The position numbers were made by a program, and so were the translations under genes. From assembly GCA_002328415.1 (NCBI GenBank), contig DCXL01000004.1, positions 32,311 through 96,310 on the forward strand: a stretch of DNA of 64,000 nucleotides, in the 5' to 3' direction. Below the pieces are notes generated by a model that searched no databases, had not been told where the DNA came from, and saw nothing but the letters and a program-made list of their open reading frames with translations. The number at the start of each line of letters is the position of its first letter. Position 1 is the stretch's first letter. Below are positions 8,662-18,113 of this stretch, piece by piece. Source of the stretch: Micavibrio sp. UBA2137. Its GTDB lineage: Bacteria; Pseudomonadota; Alphaproteobacteria; Micavibrionales; Micavibrionaceae.

Positions 8662-10491
8662 TTACATTCCTGCTGGTGTTGCGGGTGCGGCAGGGGCAAC
8701 TTGCTCTTCTTCCGCTGGTGAGGGCTCCTCAACAGGTGCGGCCTCTGCGGCGACATCTGCGGCAGCATCAGGTGCGTCGGCCACTTCATCTGCGGCGGCA
8801 ACTGTGAAGTCTCCACGGCTTGAGATCTCTTGACCTTCTGCATTACGTTCAACGCGAAGCTGGCCTTTTTCTGCCTCCGTAGAGTAAGCGCTCTCAGAGC
8901 GTTGCATCTGTGCATCAATTTGTGTCCAGATTTCGGTTGGAACACGAACAAGTTGTCCACCTAAGCTGATTTCAACGCTATTTTCAGGTGTAAGTTCGTA
9001 TCTGTCCCATGTGGGCATTTCACCAATGGGGCGTCCGCCACGCACATCTTCAGCAGCCTCGCGCAGTTGCTTTGTAAAATCTTGGTAGGCACGCGGATCA
9101 TCGGTATGTGACCAGTCTGAATGGCTATCCTGTTTGTCTGCAGCATCGTGCAAATCATCAACCGAGAAGCGAATGGTTTGTCCATCAGGCAACCCTGCTG
9201 TGGTCGTAAGGATGCTATCATGCGTTCCTTCTGTGAAACGTGTTGGGTTTTCCGCAAAAACTTGACGAAAATCTGCATCATCCCTGTATGGCATATCACC
9301 GCCATTACGTCTTTGTAATGTGTTATAGATGTCTTCGTTAGCTGACCTGTCAAACAAGATACTGCCATCAGAAACGGCTGGCATAATAAGTGCCACATTG
9401 TCATCAGAGATTTGATAGATATTAGACACGCCATTAACGCTGCGTGCAATCAGAACATATGAGTTTACTTCGTTTGAGTAGGCGAGTACATGCTCAGCTG
9501 ACTCAGGGTTGTTTTCCTGACGTGCAATAATGTCTGACATTTCTGTTAATACATCATTGCGAGAAATTTCAAAGCTGTCATTAATGCCAAATGGTGGAAG
9601 AGAGGCTTCGACAACAATCTCTGTGCCTTCGACTTCAGCAGCAGCTTCTGCGGCTGGCTCGCCCGCAACAGTGCGAATGCGAGCTTCTGTTTGCGAATTT
9701 TCCATTGTGATCGCGCCATCTATAAAACGGCCATCAATTGCCGTTAAATTACCACCTCTTGAAACGAAAACTTGCGCACTTTCTGTATTTAGGTCAGGTG
9801 CGCTTGGGTCGTCATCATTGGCTTGTACAGCAAGAAGTGCAACTTGGAGCGCGGCGACTTGACCTTCAGATTCAAGATGTGTCGTAATTGTTTCAAAATT
9901 GGCCTGATCATCACCTTCAACAAGTTCAAGCTCATTGGCCTCGGCATAACGCTGCATAGCTTGACGTGTGCTATCGCCAATTAAACCGTCAATTTCAAGA
10001 TTTGCCTCTGGATCAAGCAAGTTCAGGGAGGCCTGCATGCCAGACACGCCTGTTGTTTTGATTGTGTTGCGCACAGCGCGGTCAGTCATTTCACCGGCTT
10101 GGCCGTCCATCGCAACGGCTTGTGCCTCGGAGATGCGGTCGCCGAGATGTTCATTTGCCCAGCCTCCAACAGCATTAACTGCTCCTTGGCGGACAAGCGC
10201 GTTCTCTTCACCTGTTAATCCTCTAACAAAGGCCTGTGAGAAAGTACTGTTATCGTCCAAAAGCGTTTCAGCAGCCTCAAGGATTTGTGGAATTTCGGCT
10301 TCATCAAGTGTCTCACCGATATCAGGTAAGGATGCATATTGTTCACGGAGTGCGTTATAGGCGGCCATGCTAGCCTCACCAAAATTACCATCAATTCCAT
10401 TTGTGTCACCACCCATCACTGTAATCAGTGACTGGATCGACATCACAGCCTGTTCACCTGTTGGCATTAACTCAGTTGGTCTTGTACTCAT
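8662..10491 (-). CDS. Large hypothetical protein with two peptidoglycan-binding-like repeats and an Ala/Pro/Glu-rich C-terminus
   Basis: 609 aa. Motifs GIDGNFGEASMAAYNAL and EIDGLIGDSTRQAMQRYA resemble PG_binding_1 (DGxxGxxTxxA). No signal peptide. It ends 15 nt upstream of the SGNH hydrolase gene. Confidence 0.55.
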   Translation of the reverse strand: MSTRPTELMPTGEQAVMSIQSLITVMGGDTNGIDGNFGEASMAAYNALREQYASLPDIGETLDEAEIPQILEAAETLLDDNSTFSQAFVRGLTGEENALVRQGAVNAVGGWANEHLGDRISEAQAVAMDGQAGEMTDRAVRNTIKTTGVSGMQASLNLLDPEANLEIDGLIGDSTRQAMQRYAEANELELVEGDDQANFETITTHLESEGQVAALQVALLAVQANDDDPSAPDLNTESAQVFVSRGGNLTAIDGRFIDGAITMENSQTEARIRTVAGEPAAEAAAEVEGTEIVVEASLPPFGINDSFEISRNDVLTEMSDIIARQENNPESAEHVLAYSNEVNSYVLIARSVNGVSNIYQISDDNVALIMPAVSDGSILFDRSANEDIYNTLQRRNGGDMPYRDDADFRQVFAENPTRFTEGTHDSILTTTAGLPDGQTIRFSVDDLHDAADKQDSHSDWSHTDDPRAYQDFTKQLREAAEDVRGGRPIGEMPTWDRYELTPENSVEISLGGQLVRVPTEIWTQIDAQMQRSESAYSTEAEKGQLRVERNAEGQEISSRGDFTVAAADEVADAPDAAADVAAEAAPVEEPSPAEEEQVAPAAPATPAGM

Positions 10492-10622
10492 AACTCACCC
10501 CAAAATCCATATTCGGTTATGAGCAAATTATGCCGTCAAACAGTTAACATAATCTAAAAAAATTAAATTATGATTATATCTCAATAGGTTAAAGGTATTA
10601 AAAATTTAGGTTTCCCAGCTTT

Positions 10623-12317
10623 TTAGGCTGCGAGTTTCTTTTGAAGGTAGTGTTCCAGCTTTTGCTTTAATTGAACGCGATCAACAGGCTTTGAAATATG
10701 ATCGTTCATACCTGCTTCCTTGAACTTCTTAAGTTCCGTGCCATAGATGTGTGCTGATAAAGCAATAATAGGTAAGTCTTTATATTTTTCTTGCGCGCGC
10801 AGTGCTTGTGTGGCTTCAATCCCATTCATGTCAGGCATATTAACGTCCATAAGAATAAGGTCGTAGTCAGTCTTTTTTACTGCATCAAGGACTTCTTGTC
10901 CTGTGGAGACAAATGTCGCCTTATGCCCAAGCTCGCTTAAGAGATGTTCCATAACAATGAGATTGGGCTGATAGTCTTCGGCAACCAAAATGCGTGATGT
11001 TTCCCAAAACTTCTGGTTTTGAGGCGGGCGTCCACCTAGCATTTCAACTGCAGATCCTTCATTGGAATTGGTGTTTACTATACGATTAGGAAGCGTGACG
11101 AAGAATTTTGTACCGAAACCAAGGCGACTTTCGACGTTAATTTTTCCATCCATTTCATTTAGAAAATTCTTCACAATGGATAGGCCGAGACCTGTGCCCT
11201 CATAATGAGTTGTTTGGTGTGCTTTCTCAAAGCTTTTGAAAATGCGCGTCACATCCTCTTCGGCAATGCCCATGCCTGTATCAATAATTTGAAATTCGAT
11301 ATCAGCCAGGCCATTTGTGTTTGTTTGTCTGCTGTAGCCAGCCTTGAGTGTAACCGCGCCCTCTTTTGTAAATTTAATGGCGTTGTTCAAAATATTGATA
11401 AGGATTTGCTTGATGCGAACTTTATCACCCATATAAGTGGTGCCACGTAAATCGGCATAATCAATATTAAAGGCAATGCGCTTCTCGCGTGCGCGCGGTG
11501 TCATGATGCTAATAATTTCCTGGAATAGCATTTCAAAAGAAAACGGCTCATCCGAAAGTGAGAACGATTTTGCTTCAAGAGAAGAGAGATCAAGCACAGA
11601 ATTTACAATCTCGAGGAGAGCCTCTGATGATGTACGAAGTGACTTTATAAGCTCTTGCGTATCGGCAGACAGGCTTGATTTCTTTTCGGCTAATATTTGG
11701 GACGTGCCAACGACAACATTCAAGGGTGTACGCAGCTCATGGCTCATATGGGCAACAAAGGCCGATTTTGCGTCATGGGCCTCTTGAATCTGCATATTTG
11801 TTCGGCGTGTTTTTAATAAACTCTCTACTAGTTCTGCATATTGGGTAAGGGAAGTAAGGTCATCTTTATTAAATTTTTTCCTTGGCTTCGTATCTACTAT
11901 ACAAAATGTACCAAGGTTATAACCGTCTTCAGATTTGAGAGGCACACCCGCATAAAAGCGAATATAGGGTTCACCAGTTACAAGTGGATTATTTTTAAAG
12001 CGGTCATCTTTGTGCGTATCATAAACGATTAGTGGGGTGTCCTCTAATATCGCATGCGCACAGAAGGCCACATCACGGCTTGTTTCTGAGATATCAACGC
12101 CGGTACAGGATTTAAACCACTGACGGTCTTTATCAACAAAAGAAATGAGTGCAATCGGGACGTCGAAATGCTTTTTGGCTAATTGAATAAGAAGGTCAAA
12201 ATCCTTTTCAGCTTCTGTATCAAGGATATTCTCGTCTAAAAGCGCGTTGAGGCGCTCAGATTCATTGTCTGGGAGGGGTGGGCGCGGAGCATTCATGTGC
12301 GTTTTACGCTGAGTCAC
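10623..12317 (-). CDS. Cytoplasmic hybrid sensor histidine kinase (GAF-HisKA-HATPase-REC)
   Basis: GAF region (ERLNAL...RFYAGVPL), H-box HMSHELRTPLN, N/G boxes (NNAIKFT, DTGMGI, GTGLGLSI), receiver LILMDVNMPDMNGIE...SKP. No TM segment. GTG start at 12317, or ATG at 12296. Confidence 0.85.
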   Translation of the reverse strand: MTQRKTHMNAPRPPLPDNESERLNALLDENILDTEAEKDFDLLIQLAKKHFDVPIALISFVDKDRQWFKSCTGVDISETSRDVAFCAHAILEDTPLIVYDTHKDDRFKNNPLVTGEPYIRFYAGVPLKSEDGYNLGTFCIVDTKPRKKFNKDDLTSLTQYAELVESLLKTRRTNMQIQEAHDAKSAFVAHMSHELRTPLNVVVGTSQILAEKKSSLSADTQELIKSLRTSSEALLEIVNSVLDLSSLEAKSFSLSDEPFSFEMLFQEIISIMTPRAREKRIAFNIDYADLRGTTYMGDKVRIKQILINILNNAIKFTKEGAVTLKAGYSRQTNTNGLADIEFQIIDTGMGIAEEDVTRIFKSFEKAHQTTHYEGTGLGLSIVKNFLNEMDGKINVESRLGFGTKFFVTLPNRIVNTNSNEGSAVEMLGGRPPQNQKFWETSRILVAEDYQPNLIVMEHLLSELGHKATFVSTGQEVLDAVKKTDYDLILMDVNMPDMNGIEATQALRAQEKYKDLPIIALSAHIYGTELKKFKEAGMNDHISKPVDRVQLKQKLEHYLQKKLAA

Positions 12318-12510
12318 ATGAAAACCTTTCCAAGCAAGAGTTGTGATAAGACACTTTATTACCGATAAAGCCGTTCCCTGTCAATTTTATTCGGTTTGAA
12401 TATAACTTTATGTCGTTTTTGTATTTATTTGAGAAATCAGGAACTTCATGACCATTCAGTCCATTTGTAAGGCGTAGTTCAAATGAATGACTAATAAAGG
12501 AGAATAATAA

Positions 12511-13077
12511 ATGTCACAATTAAATGGTAAAAAAATCGCATTTCTAGCGACAAATGGGTTCGAATATAGCGAATTGGAACAACCATGGCAGGCCTGTAAA
12601 GACGCAGGTGCGGATGTCGAACTGATTTCATTGGAAATGGGTGAAATTTCAGGCAAAACTAGTGGTAAGGAAGGCACATTCACAGTCGATAAAATCATTA
12701 GTGAAGTTTCGGCCTTAGATTATAATGGGCTTGTATTACCAGGCGGTCTGCAAAATCCAGATACGCTTCGCACAAATGAACAAGCCGTTCAATTTGTCCG
12801 CGATTTCTTTAAACAAGGTAAACCAGTTGGCGCAATCTGTCACGGTCCATGGATGTTGGTCGAAGCCGATGTTGTCAAAAACCGCAAGGTCACATCATAT
12901 AAAAGTATCAAAACAGATTTGATTAATGCAGGTGCAAATTGGGTTGATCAAGAATGTGTATGCGATGAAGGATTGGTCACAAGTCGTACACCAAAAGACC
13001 TTCCAGCATTTTGCGCTAAAATCATTGAGGAATTCAATGAGGGCAAACACGACGACCAAGTCGCCGAAGCCGCATAA
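12511..13077 (+). CDS. DJ-1/PfpI family protein (type 1 glutamine amidotransferase-like)
   Basis: 188 aa with the nucleophile elbow AICHGPW and family-typical LVLPGG. Confidence 0.85.
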   Translation: MSQLNGKKIAFLATNGFEYSELEQPWQACKDAGADVELISLEMGEISGKTSGKEGTFTVDKIISEVSALDYNGLVLPGGLQNPDTLRTNEQAVQFVRDFFKQGKPVGAICHGPWMLVEADVVKNRKVTSYKSIKTDLINAGANWVDQECVCDEGLVTSRTPKDLPAFCAKIIEEFNEGKHDDQVAEAA

Positions 13078-13097
13078 CATAAAAATATAGACAAAAT

Positions 13098-13124
13098 AAA
13101 AAGCCCCATCACGGGGCTTTTTTT
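13098..13124. terminator. Bidirectional rho-independent terminator
   Basis: aaaagcccc-atcac-ggggctttt hairpin flanked by an A-run and a T-run, between convergent genes. Confidence 0.7.
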
Positions 13125-13129
13125 ATGAC

Positions 13130-13954
13130 TTACTTCAAAAACCTTGTCAGGCTCTCATTCAGCTCTTTGGTGTGTGTGAAGTTCAACCCGTGCGGGGCGC
13201 CTTTAATGACATCAAGCTGACTGCCTGCAATCATTTCATGGGCGCGCTGCCCGCTTTTCTCCAGAGGCACAGTTTGGTCATCATCCCCATGAATAATGAG
13301 TGTTGGAATGTTAAAGGCGGCCATGTCTTTGCGGAAATCGGTCCGTCCAAAAGAATCGACGCAATCGAGAACGGCCTTTTTCGAGGCAGAGGCGGCCACC
13401 ATTTGATTGAAGTGTAATTGATCCTTGCTGATGCGGTCTTTGTTATTCTCGTAAGTGACAAAATATTCCCCAAAGCCTGCAAAGAAACCAACAAAATCAT
13501 CTTGAATGCCGTCCTTCATACCATCAAAGACCTCACCCTCGACACCCTCTGGGTTATCATCTGTTTTGAGCATGAACGGGGTAACTGATCCAATAAGAAC
13601 CGCCTTGGCAATTTTGTCAGTGCCATAGTTCCCGATATAGCGTGCAACCTCGCCACCGCCCATGGAAAAGCCAACTAGGCTTACATTGTCTAGCTTAAGC
13701 TGGTCAATCAAGCGCTTCAGATCCGCTGCAAGTGTGTCATAATTATACCCATTCCATGGTTTATCCGACTGTCCAAAGCCGCGGCGATCATAGGCAATGA
13801 CGCGGTGTCCTGCCGCAACAAGCGCACTGATTTGGTCGTCCCACATGCGATGGGAGAGCGGCCAACCATGGATAAGAATAACGGGGTCACCTGTCCCATA
13901 ATCTCCATAATAAAGGGCAATGTCATCTTTGGCTGTGCATGATGTGTAGGGCAT
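13130..13954 (-). CDS. Alpha/beta hydrolase (non-heme haloperoxidase/arylesterase-like)
   Basis: 274 aa. HGWP oxyanion region, nucleophile elbow GFSMGG, C-terminal IHGDDD...APHG. Confidence 0.85.
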   Translation of the reverse strand: MPYTSCTAKDDIALYYGDYGTGDPVILIHGWPLSHRMWDDQISALVAAGHRVIAYDRRGFGQSDKPWNGYNYDTLAADLKRLIDQLKLDNVSLVGFSMGGGEVARYIGNYGTDKIAKAVLIGSVTPFMLKTDDNPEGVEGEVFDGMKDGIQDDFVGFFAGFGEYFVTYENNKDRISKDQLHFNQMVAASASKKAVLDCVDSFGRTDFRKDMAAFNIPTLIIHGDDDQTVPLEKSGQRAHEMIAGSQLDVIKGAPHGLNFTHTKELNESLTRFLK

Positions 13955-14039
13955 GGGCTTTCTCCGTTTTTTGAAAATCTTGCTTTATAACCTAAACAGA
14001 TGGCTTTTCTTTTCAAGGTGAAAGACTATTTCATTATTC

Positions 14040-14633
14040 ATGAAACAATTACGCATATTCCTCTTAGGAACATTTATAGTGGCTTTGACAGCGCTGACAA
14101 GCGGTGTTGCAAATGCTGAAACGAAACAAGCTGTCCTTGCGGGCGGATGCTTCTGGTGCATCGAACATGATTTAGAAGTTTTGGGTGGTGTCGAGGATGT
14201 AAAATCTGGTTACGCAGGCGGGGAAGTCGAAAATCCGACTTATGAACAAGTCTCCTCTGGCACAACAGGGCATTACGAGGTTGTGCAGGTGACGTATGAC
14301 TCCGATAAAATATCCTATGCACAGTTGCTGGATGCGTTTGTTGAAAATGTAGACCCCTTTGATAGTGCGGGGCAATTTTGTGACAAAGGGCAACAATATA
14401 AGGCTGCTATTTTCACAAGTGATCCTGCTGAGCGTGCCTTGGCAAAAGAAAAGCTTGATGCAATCAGACAGAAATTTGGAAAAGAACCCACAATCTTGCT
14501 TTTGGACAGTGCAACTTTCTATCCCGCAGAGGATTACCATCAGGATTATTCTGAGAAAAACCCTATGCGCTATAAATTTTATCGTTGGAATTGTGGTCGT
14601 GATCAGCGTTTAGAGCAGGTCTGGGACAAATAA
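14040..14633 (+). CDS. msrA: Peptide-methionine (S)-S-oxide reductase, exported form
   Basis: 197 aa. Signal peptide, then the catalytic GGCFWC motif and YHQDY. Confidence 0.9.
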   Translation: MKQLRIFLLGTFIVALTALTSGVANAETKQAVLAGGCFWCIEHDLEVLGGVEDVKSGYAGGEVENPTYEQVSSGTTGHYEVVQVTYDSDKISYAQLLDAFVENVDPFDSAGQFCDKGQQYKAAIFTSDPAERALAKEKLDAIRQKFGKEPTILLLDSATFYPAEDYHQDYSEKNPMRYKFYRWNCGRDQRLEQVWDK

Positions 14634-14742
14634 GTCACTATTTACAAAATAAATTTTTCAATTTGTTAATTGTACTTACCATTATTCTAAGTTGAATGTA
14701 TTCTTTGTAAGACTTTTGATAAAACTAACAAAGGACTCTCTT

Positions 14743-15330
14743 ATGAAAACGACTTTATTTGCCACGGTTGCAGCAGTTGCAATCGCTTTTTCTGCGCCTT
14801 CAATGGCCCAAGATATGGGATCATCACCATTAACAGGTGCTTATATTGGACTTCTTGGGGGTTATACTAATACCGAGCTAGAAGCTGGTGGTGCTAGTGA
14901 AGACCTAACTGGTGGCGATTACGGAATATTCGCAGGTTTTAAGCTTGATAAATATTTAGAAAACTCAATCGGTATTACAGGCGCCATTGAAGCGCATTAT
15001 GCATGGTCTACTGCGGATGAGGAGATTGGCGGTATTACTTTGGAAAAAGATAGCGAATTTGGAATTAGTTTTCGTCCAGGTATCTCAATTTCAGAGAGAT
15101 TTAACCCTTACGGTATTATCGGATATAAGCGCACAGAATTTGACGCATCTGGTTTTGGTTTGAGCGCATCTGAGGATTACAATGGTTTAGAGCTTGGTTT
15201 AGGTGCAGAAGTTCTTTCTTACGGAAATATAGGTTTCAGACTGGAATATGCTCACACATGGTATGATGAAGATGATGGCCTGGATGTAGACGAAGATACA
15301 ATCCGTGCTGGTGTCTCATACAACTTCTAA
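14743..15330 (+). CDS. Small outer-membrane beta-barrel protein (Omp25/OmpA-beta-barrel-like)
   Basis: Signal peptide MKTTLFATVAAVAIAFSAPSMA from the ATG at 14743. Alternating amphipathic strands and a C-terminal GVSYNF aromatic terminus. Confidence 0.65.
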   Translation: MKTTLFATVAAVAIAFSAPSMAQDMGSSPLTGAYIGLLGGYTNTELEAGGASEDLTGGDYGIFAGFKLDKYLENSIGITGAIEAHYAWSTADEEIGGITLEKDSEFGISFRPGISISERFNPYGIIGYKRTEFDASGFGLSASEDYNGLELGLGAEVLSYGNIGFRLEYAHTWYDEDDGLDVDEDTIRAGVSYNF

Positions 15331-15349
15331 ATCAAAGTATTATCATGCA

Positions 15350-15380
15350 AAGAGCCTGTCCTTCGCGACAGGCTTTTTTT
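15350..15380 (+). terminator. Rho-independent terminator
   Basis: agcctgtc-cttcgc-gacaggct hairpin followed by TTTTTTT. Confidence 0.7.
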
Positions 15381-15529
15381 ATGCGCGAAAAAGTTGACAA
15401 GGCACATAAAATCCTTATAACTGCGACTATTCCTGCGAAAGAGGGTTTTTAACCCCGTTGAAATAAGGAAATGGTTCTTTATCTCAAATCTAATGTGATC
15501 GGGCAGGACAATTAAAAAAGGAAGTAAAA

Positions 15530-16150
15530 ATGAGCGGAAAAAGACTAGAATCCAAACATAAAATTGACAGACGCTTGGGTGTAAACCTTTGGGGTCGTCC
15601 AAAATCACCATTTAACCTGCGCCAAACAGGCCCAGGTATGCATGGTGCAAACCGTCGTAGCAAGCCAACAGACTATGGTATCCAGTTGGCGGCTAAACAG
15701 AAATTAAAAGGTTACTACGGTAATATTGGCGAGAAGCAATTCCGCCGTTACTTTGCCGAAGCCGAGCGCCTTCGCGGTGATGCAGGTCAAAACCTTGTTG
15801 GTCTACTTGAGCGTCGTTTGGATGCTGTTGTATACCGCGCGAAATTCGTTCCAACAGTTTTCGCGGCACGTCAATTCGTTAACCACGGTCATGTTCTTGT
15901 TAATGGCAAGCGCGTTAATATCCCATCTTACATGGTTCAAGAAGGAGATGTGATCGAAGTGAAGGAAAAATCACGCACAATGGCACTTGTTATGAGTGCG
16001 ATTGAATCACCAGAACGCGATGTTGCAGAATATCTTGATGTCGATCACAAGAAATTCAAGGCCACTTTCTTGCGTGTACCTCAGTTGGAAGAAATTCCAT
16101 ACCCGGTTCACATGGAACCAAATCTGGTTGTCGAGTTTTACTCTCGATAA
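15530..16150 (+). CDS. rpsD: 30S ribosomal protein S4
   Basis: 206 aa. Conserved S4 N-terminus and S4 RNA-binding domain ([14 protein letters not shown]...[22 protein letters not shown]). Confidence 0.95.
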   Translation: MSGKRLESKHKIDRRLGVNLWGRPKSPFNLRQTGPGMHGANRRSKPTDYGIQLAAKQKLKGYYGNIGEKQFRRYFAEAERLRGDAGQNLVGLLERRLDAVVYRAKFVPTVFAARQFVNHGHVLVNGKRVNIPSYMVQEGDVIEVKEKSRTMALVMSAIESPERDVAEYLDVDHKKFKATFLRVPQLEEIPYPVHMEPNLVVEFYSR

Positions 16151-16182
16151 GAGAGCGAACCACACCCCTAGAGATTTTAAAG

Positions 16183-16209
16183 ACCGCCTCATTAAACAGG
16201 CGGTTTTTT
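16183..16209 (+). terminator. Rho-independent terminator after rpsD
   Basis: accgcct-cattaaac-aggcggt hairpin followed by a T-run. Confidence 0.7.
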
Positions 16210-16257
16210 ATTGGAGTTTTTAAGTGCTCAACGTTCCTAAAGTCCGTTGATGTGGTT

Positions 16258-16992
16258 TTAATTATTTTTCTTTCCGATGAGGGCGGAAATAATGCCGTGG
16301 AAGGTGCGGACTTCCTGTTCGCTTAAGTTTGCGCGGGTCAGCATGGTGCGAATATTATTGACCATGGTTGGTTTTAAATTCTCTTCGCGGAAGAAATGAT
16401 TTGCCTCAAGCTCGGTTTCAAGGCGATTGCACAGATTAACAATCTCGTCCATGGGGGCGGGCGGTGTTTCTTCCGAAATGTTTGAGCTATCTGTGACGCG
16501 AAACTTATCCCATAAGGCATGACAGACTAAAAGAACAGCTTGTGCCAGATTAAGCGAGGTAAAGCCATCATTGAGCGGAATGGTGACCAAATGATGCATA
16601 AGGCTGAGTTCTTGATTATCTAACCCCGTGCGCTCGCACCCAAAGGCAAAAGCAATTTGTGCACCTTGAGTCGTTTCTTTGCTGGCCTTGGTAACAGCCG
16701 TGTTTAGATCTGAATGTGGCTTATTCAGCTCGCGCGCGCGTGCGGTGGTCGCAAAAACGGTGTGGCAATCAGCAATGGCCTTTTCCACAGTGTCAAAAAT
16801 CGCGATTTCATTCATCAGTTCATAAGCGCCTGAAGCTGCACGTTCGGCCGAAGCGCTAGGCCAGCCATCCCTTGGCGCAACAAGGCGCAGGCGTGTCATG
16901 CCACAATTTATCATGGCGCGCATGCACATACCGATATTTTCCCCCAATTGCGGGCGAACTAAAATGATGATTGGTGCGTTAGAGGTACTCAT
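16258..16992 (-). CDS. SpoU/TrmH-family RNA 2'-O-methyltransferase (TrmJ-like)
   Basis: 244 aa. LVRPQLGENIGMCMRAM, FGCERTGL and SLNLAQAV are SPOUT class motifs. Confidence 0.8.
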   Translation of the reverse strand: MSTSNAPIIILVRPQLGENIGMCMRAMINCGMTRLRLVAPRDGWPSASAERAASGAYELMNEIAIFDTVEKAIADCHTVFATTARARELNKPHSDLNTAVTKASKETTQGAQIAFAFGCERTGLDNQELSLMHHLVTIPLNDGFTSLNLAQAVLLVCHALWDKFRVTDSSNISEETPPAPMDEIVNLCNRLETELEANHFFREENLKPTMVNNIRTMLTRANLSEQEVRTFHGIISALIGKKNN

Positions 16993-17057
16993 GAGATAAA
17001 GTGGTATTTGATTTTACCGCACTTTGCTAGATTAAAGACACGATTAAAGGATATAAA

Positions 17058-17687
17058 ATGTTTAGAGCTTTTTACCAAGAACACGCCCCCATCACACATG
17101 TTGCCGCCTTTTTCGCAACCTTTAGCGTGATTGCACTGTCAACAACAGCAGCACAAGCGGGACATCATGAAGATATGCAACATGATATGACGCCGACAGT
17201 CGAAGTTAGTGCAATGAAATCGACAACAGCGCCCCTTGTAAATGTCGAAGGTGAGGAAGCTGGCATGGTTACAATGATGGAAGGCACAAAAGGCGTTGTC
17301 TTCAAAATTGAAGGGACTGGATTTGCAGAAGGCTGGCACGGGGCGCATCTGCACCAGGTAGGTGACTGCAGTGATAATGAGGCAGGTTTTAAGGCGTCTG
17401 GTTCACATGTGAAGGCAGATGAGTCATCTAAGCATGGATATCAAAACCCTGAAGGGCCAGAAGCGGGCGACTTGCCAAATGTATTCGTACATCACAGTAC
17501 GCTCAATGCCGAGTTTTATTCAGGCATGGTCAGCTATGATATGAATGTTGAAGGACGTGCAAAGCTTTTGGACGAAGATGGCTTTGCACTTGTCCTGCAT
17601 GAGAATCCAGATGATATGGTAAGCCAGCCAATTGGTGGAGCAGGATCAAGAATCGCCTGTGCTGCCTTTAAATCTGTGAGTGAATAG
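17058..17687 (+). CDS. sodC: Periplasmic Cu,Zn superoxide dismutase
   Basis: Signal peptide. Metal-ligand regions GWHGAHLHQVGDC, GDLPN and LVLHENPDD...GGAGSRIACA. Confidence 0.9.
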   Translation: MFRAFYQEHAPITHVAAFFATFSVIALSTTAAQAGHHEDMQHDMTPTVEVSAMKSTTAPLVNVEGEEAGMVTMMEGTKGVVFKIEGTGFAEGWHGAHLHQVGDCSDNEAGFKASGSHVKADESSKHGYQNPEGPEAGDLPNVFVHHSTLNAEFYSGMVSYDMNVEGRAKLLDEDGFALVLHENPDDMVSQPIGGAGSRIACAAFKSVSE

Positions 17688-17818
17688 GTATAGGTTTAGC
17701 ACGCGATTGTAGGGTTATTCACACCCTAAAACATTGAAATTCTTAATGTTTGACATAATAACCTTTACAAATGGTTAAGAATGTGAGATAAACAAGAACA
17801 GAAAAAAGGAGTGGGACA

Positions 17819-18055
17819 ATGTCATTAATGCAAAAACGTGAAGCGCTGAGATCGCGCCTTTATAACAAAACACAATTTGATATTTTGAACGAGTTTGAAA
17901 CGCTCGACCCACAACGTAAAATGGTGCTTTGTGACCAGCTTCTTCACAGTGGTGTGACAACGTACAAAAATACAGTGAAGCTTCTTTGGCCTGTTGCAAA
18001 TAGCAACGATGCTGTTCGCCTTGAAAAGTTTCTACGTTCACGCATGAAGCGTTAA
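17819..18055 (+). CDS. Hypothetical small protein (78 aa)
   Basis: Good AAGGAG RBS and followed by a terminator hairpin. No recognisable domain. Confidence 0.4.
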   Translation: MSLMQKREALRSRLYNKTQFDILNEFETLDPQRKMVLCDQLLHSGVTTYKNTVKLLWPVANSNDAVRLEKFLRSRMKR

Positions 18056-18080
18056 GTTTAATCTAGGTTTACCCTCAGCT

Positions 18081-18113
18081 AACGGCTCTATCTATGATTG
18101 GAGCCGTTTTTTT
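18081..18113 (+). terminator. Rho-independent terminator (overlaps the 3' end of convergent gltX)
   Basis: aacggctc...gagccgtt hairpin followed by TTTTTTT. Confidence 0.5.

Noticed and set aside
7758-12500. Genomic island integrated at the CAT-anticodon tRNA (and, similarly, at tRNA-Arg for the 29-47.7 kb region)
   Set aside because: I found no integrase gene, and no direct repeat of either tRNA 3' end at any candidate distal boundary. No clear compositional break was visible by eye.
17735-17800. Sigma-70-like promoter (TTGACA ... TAAGAAT) upstream of the 78-aa ORF
   Set aside because: The spacer between the hexamers is ~20 nt, outside the functional 16-18 nt range.
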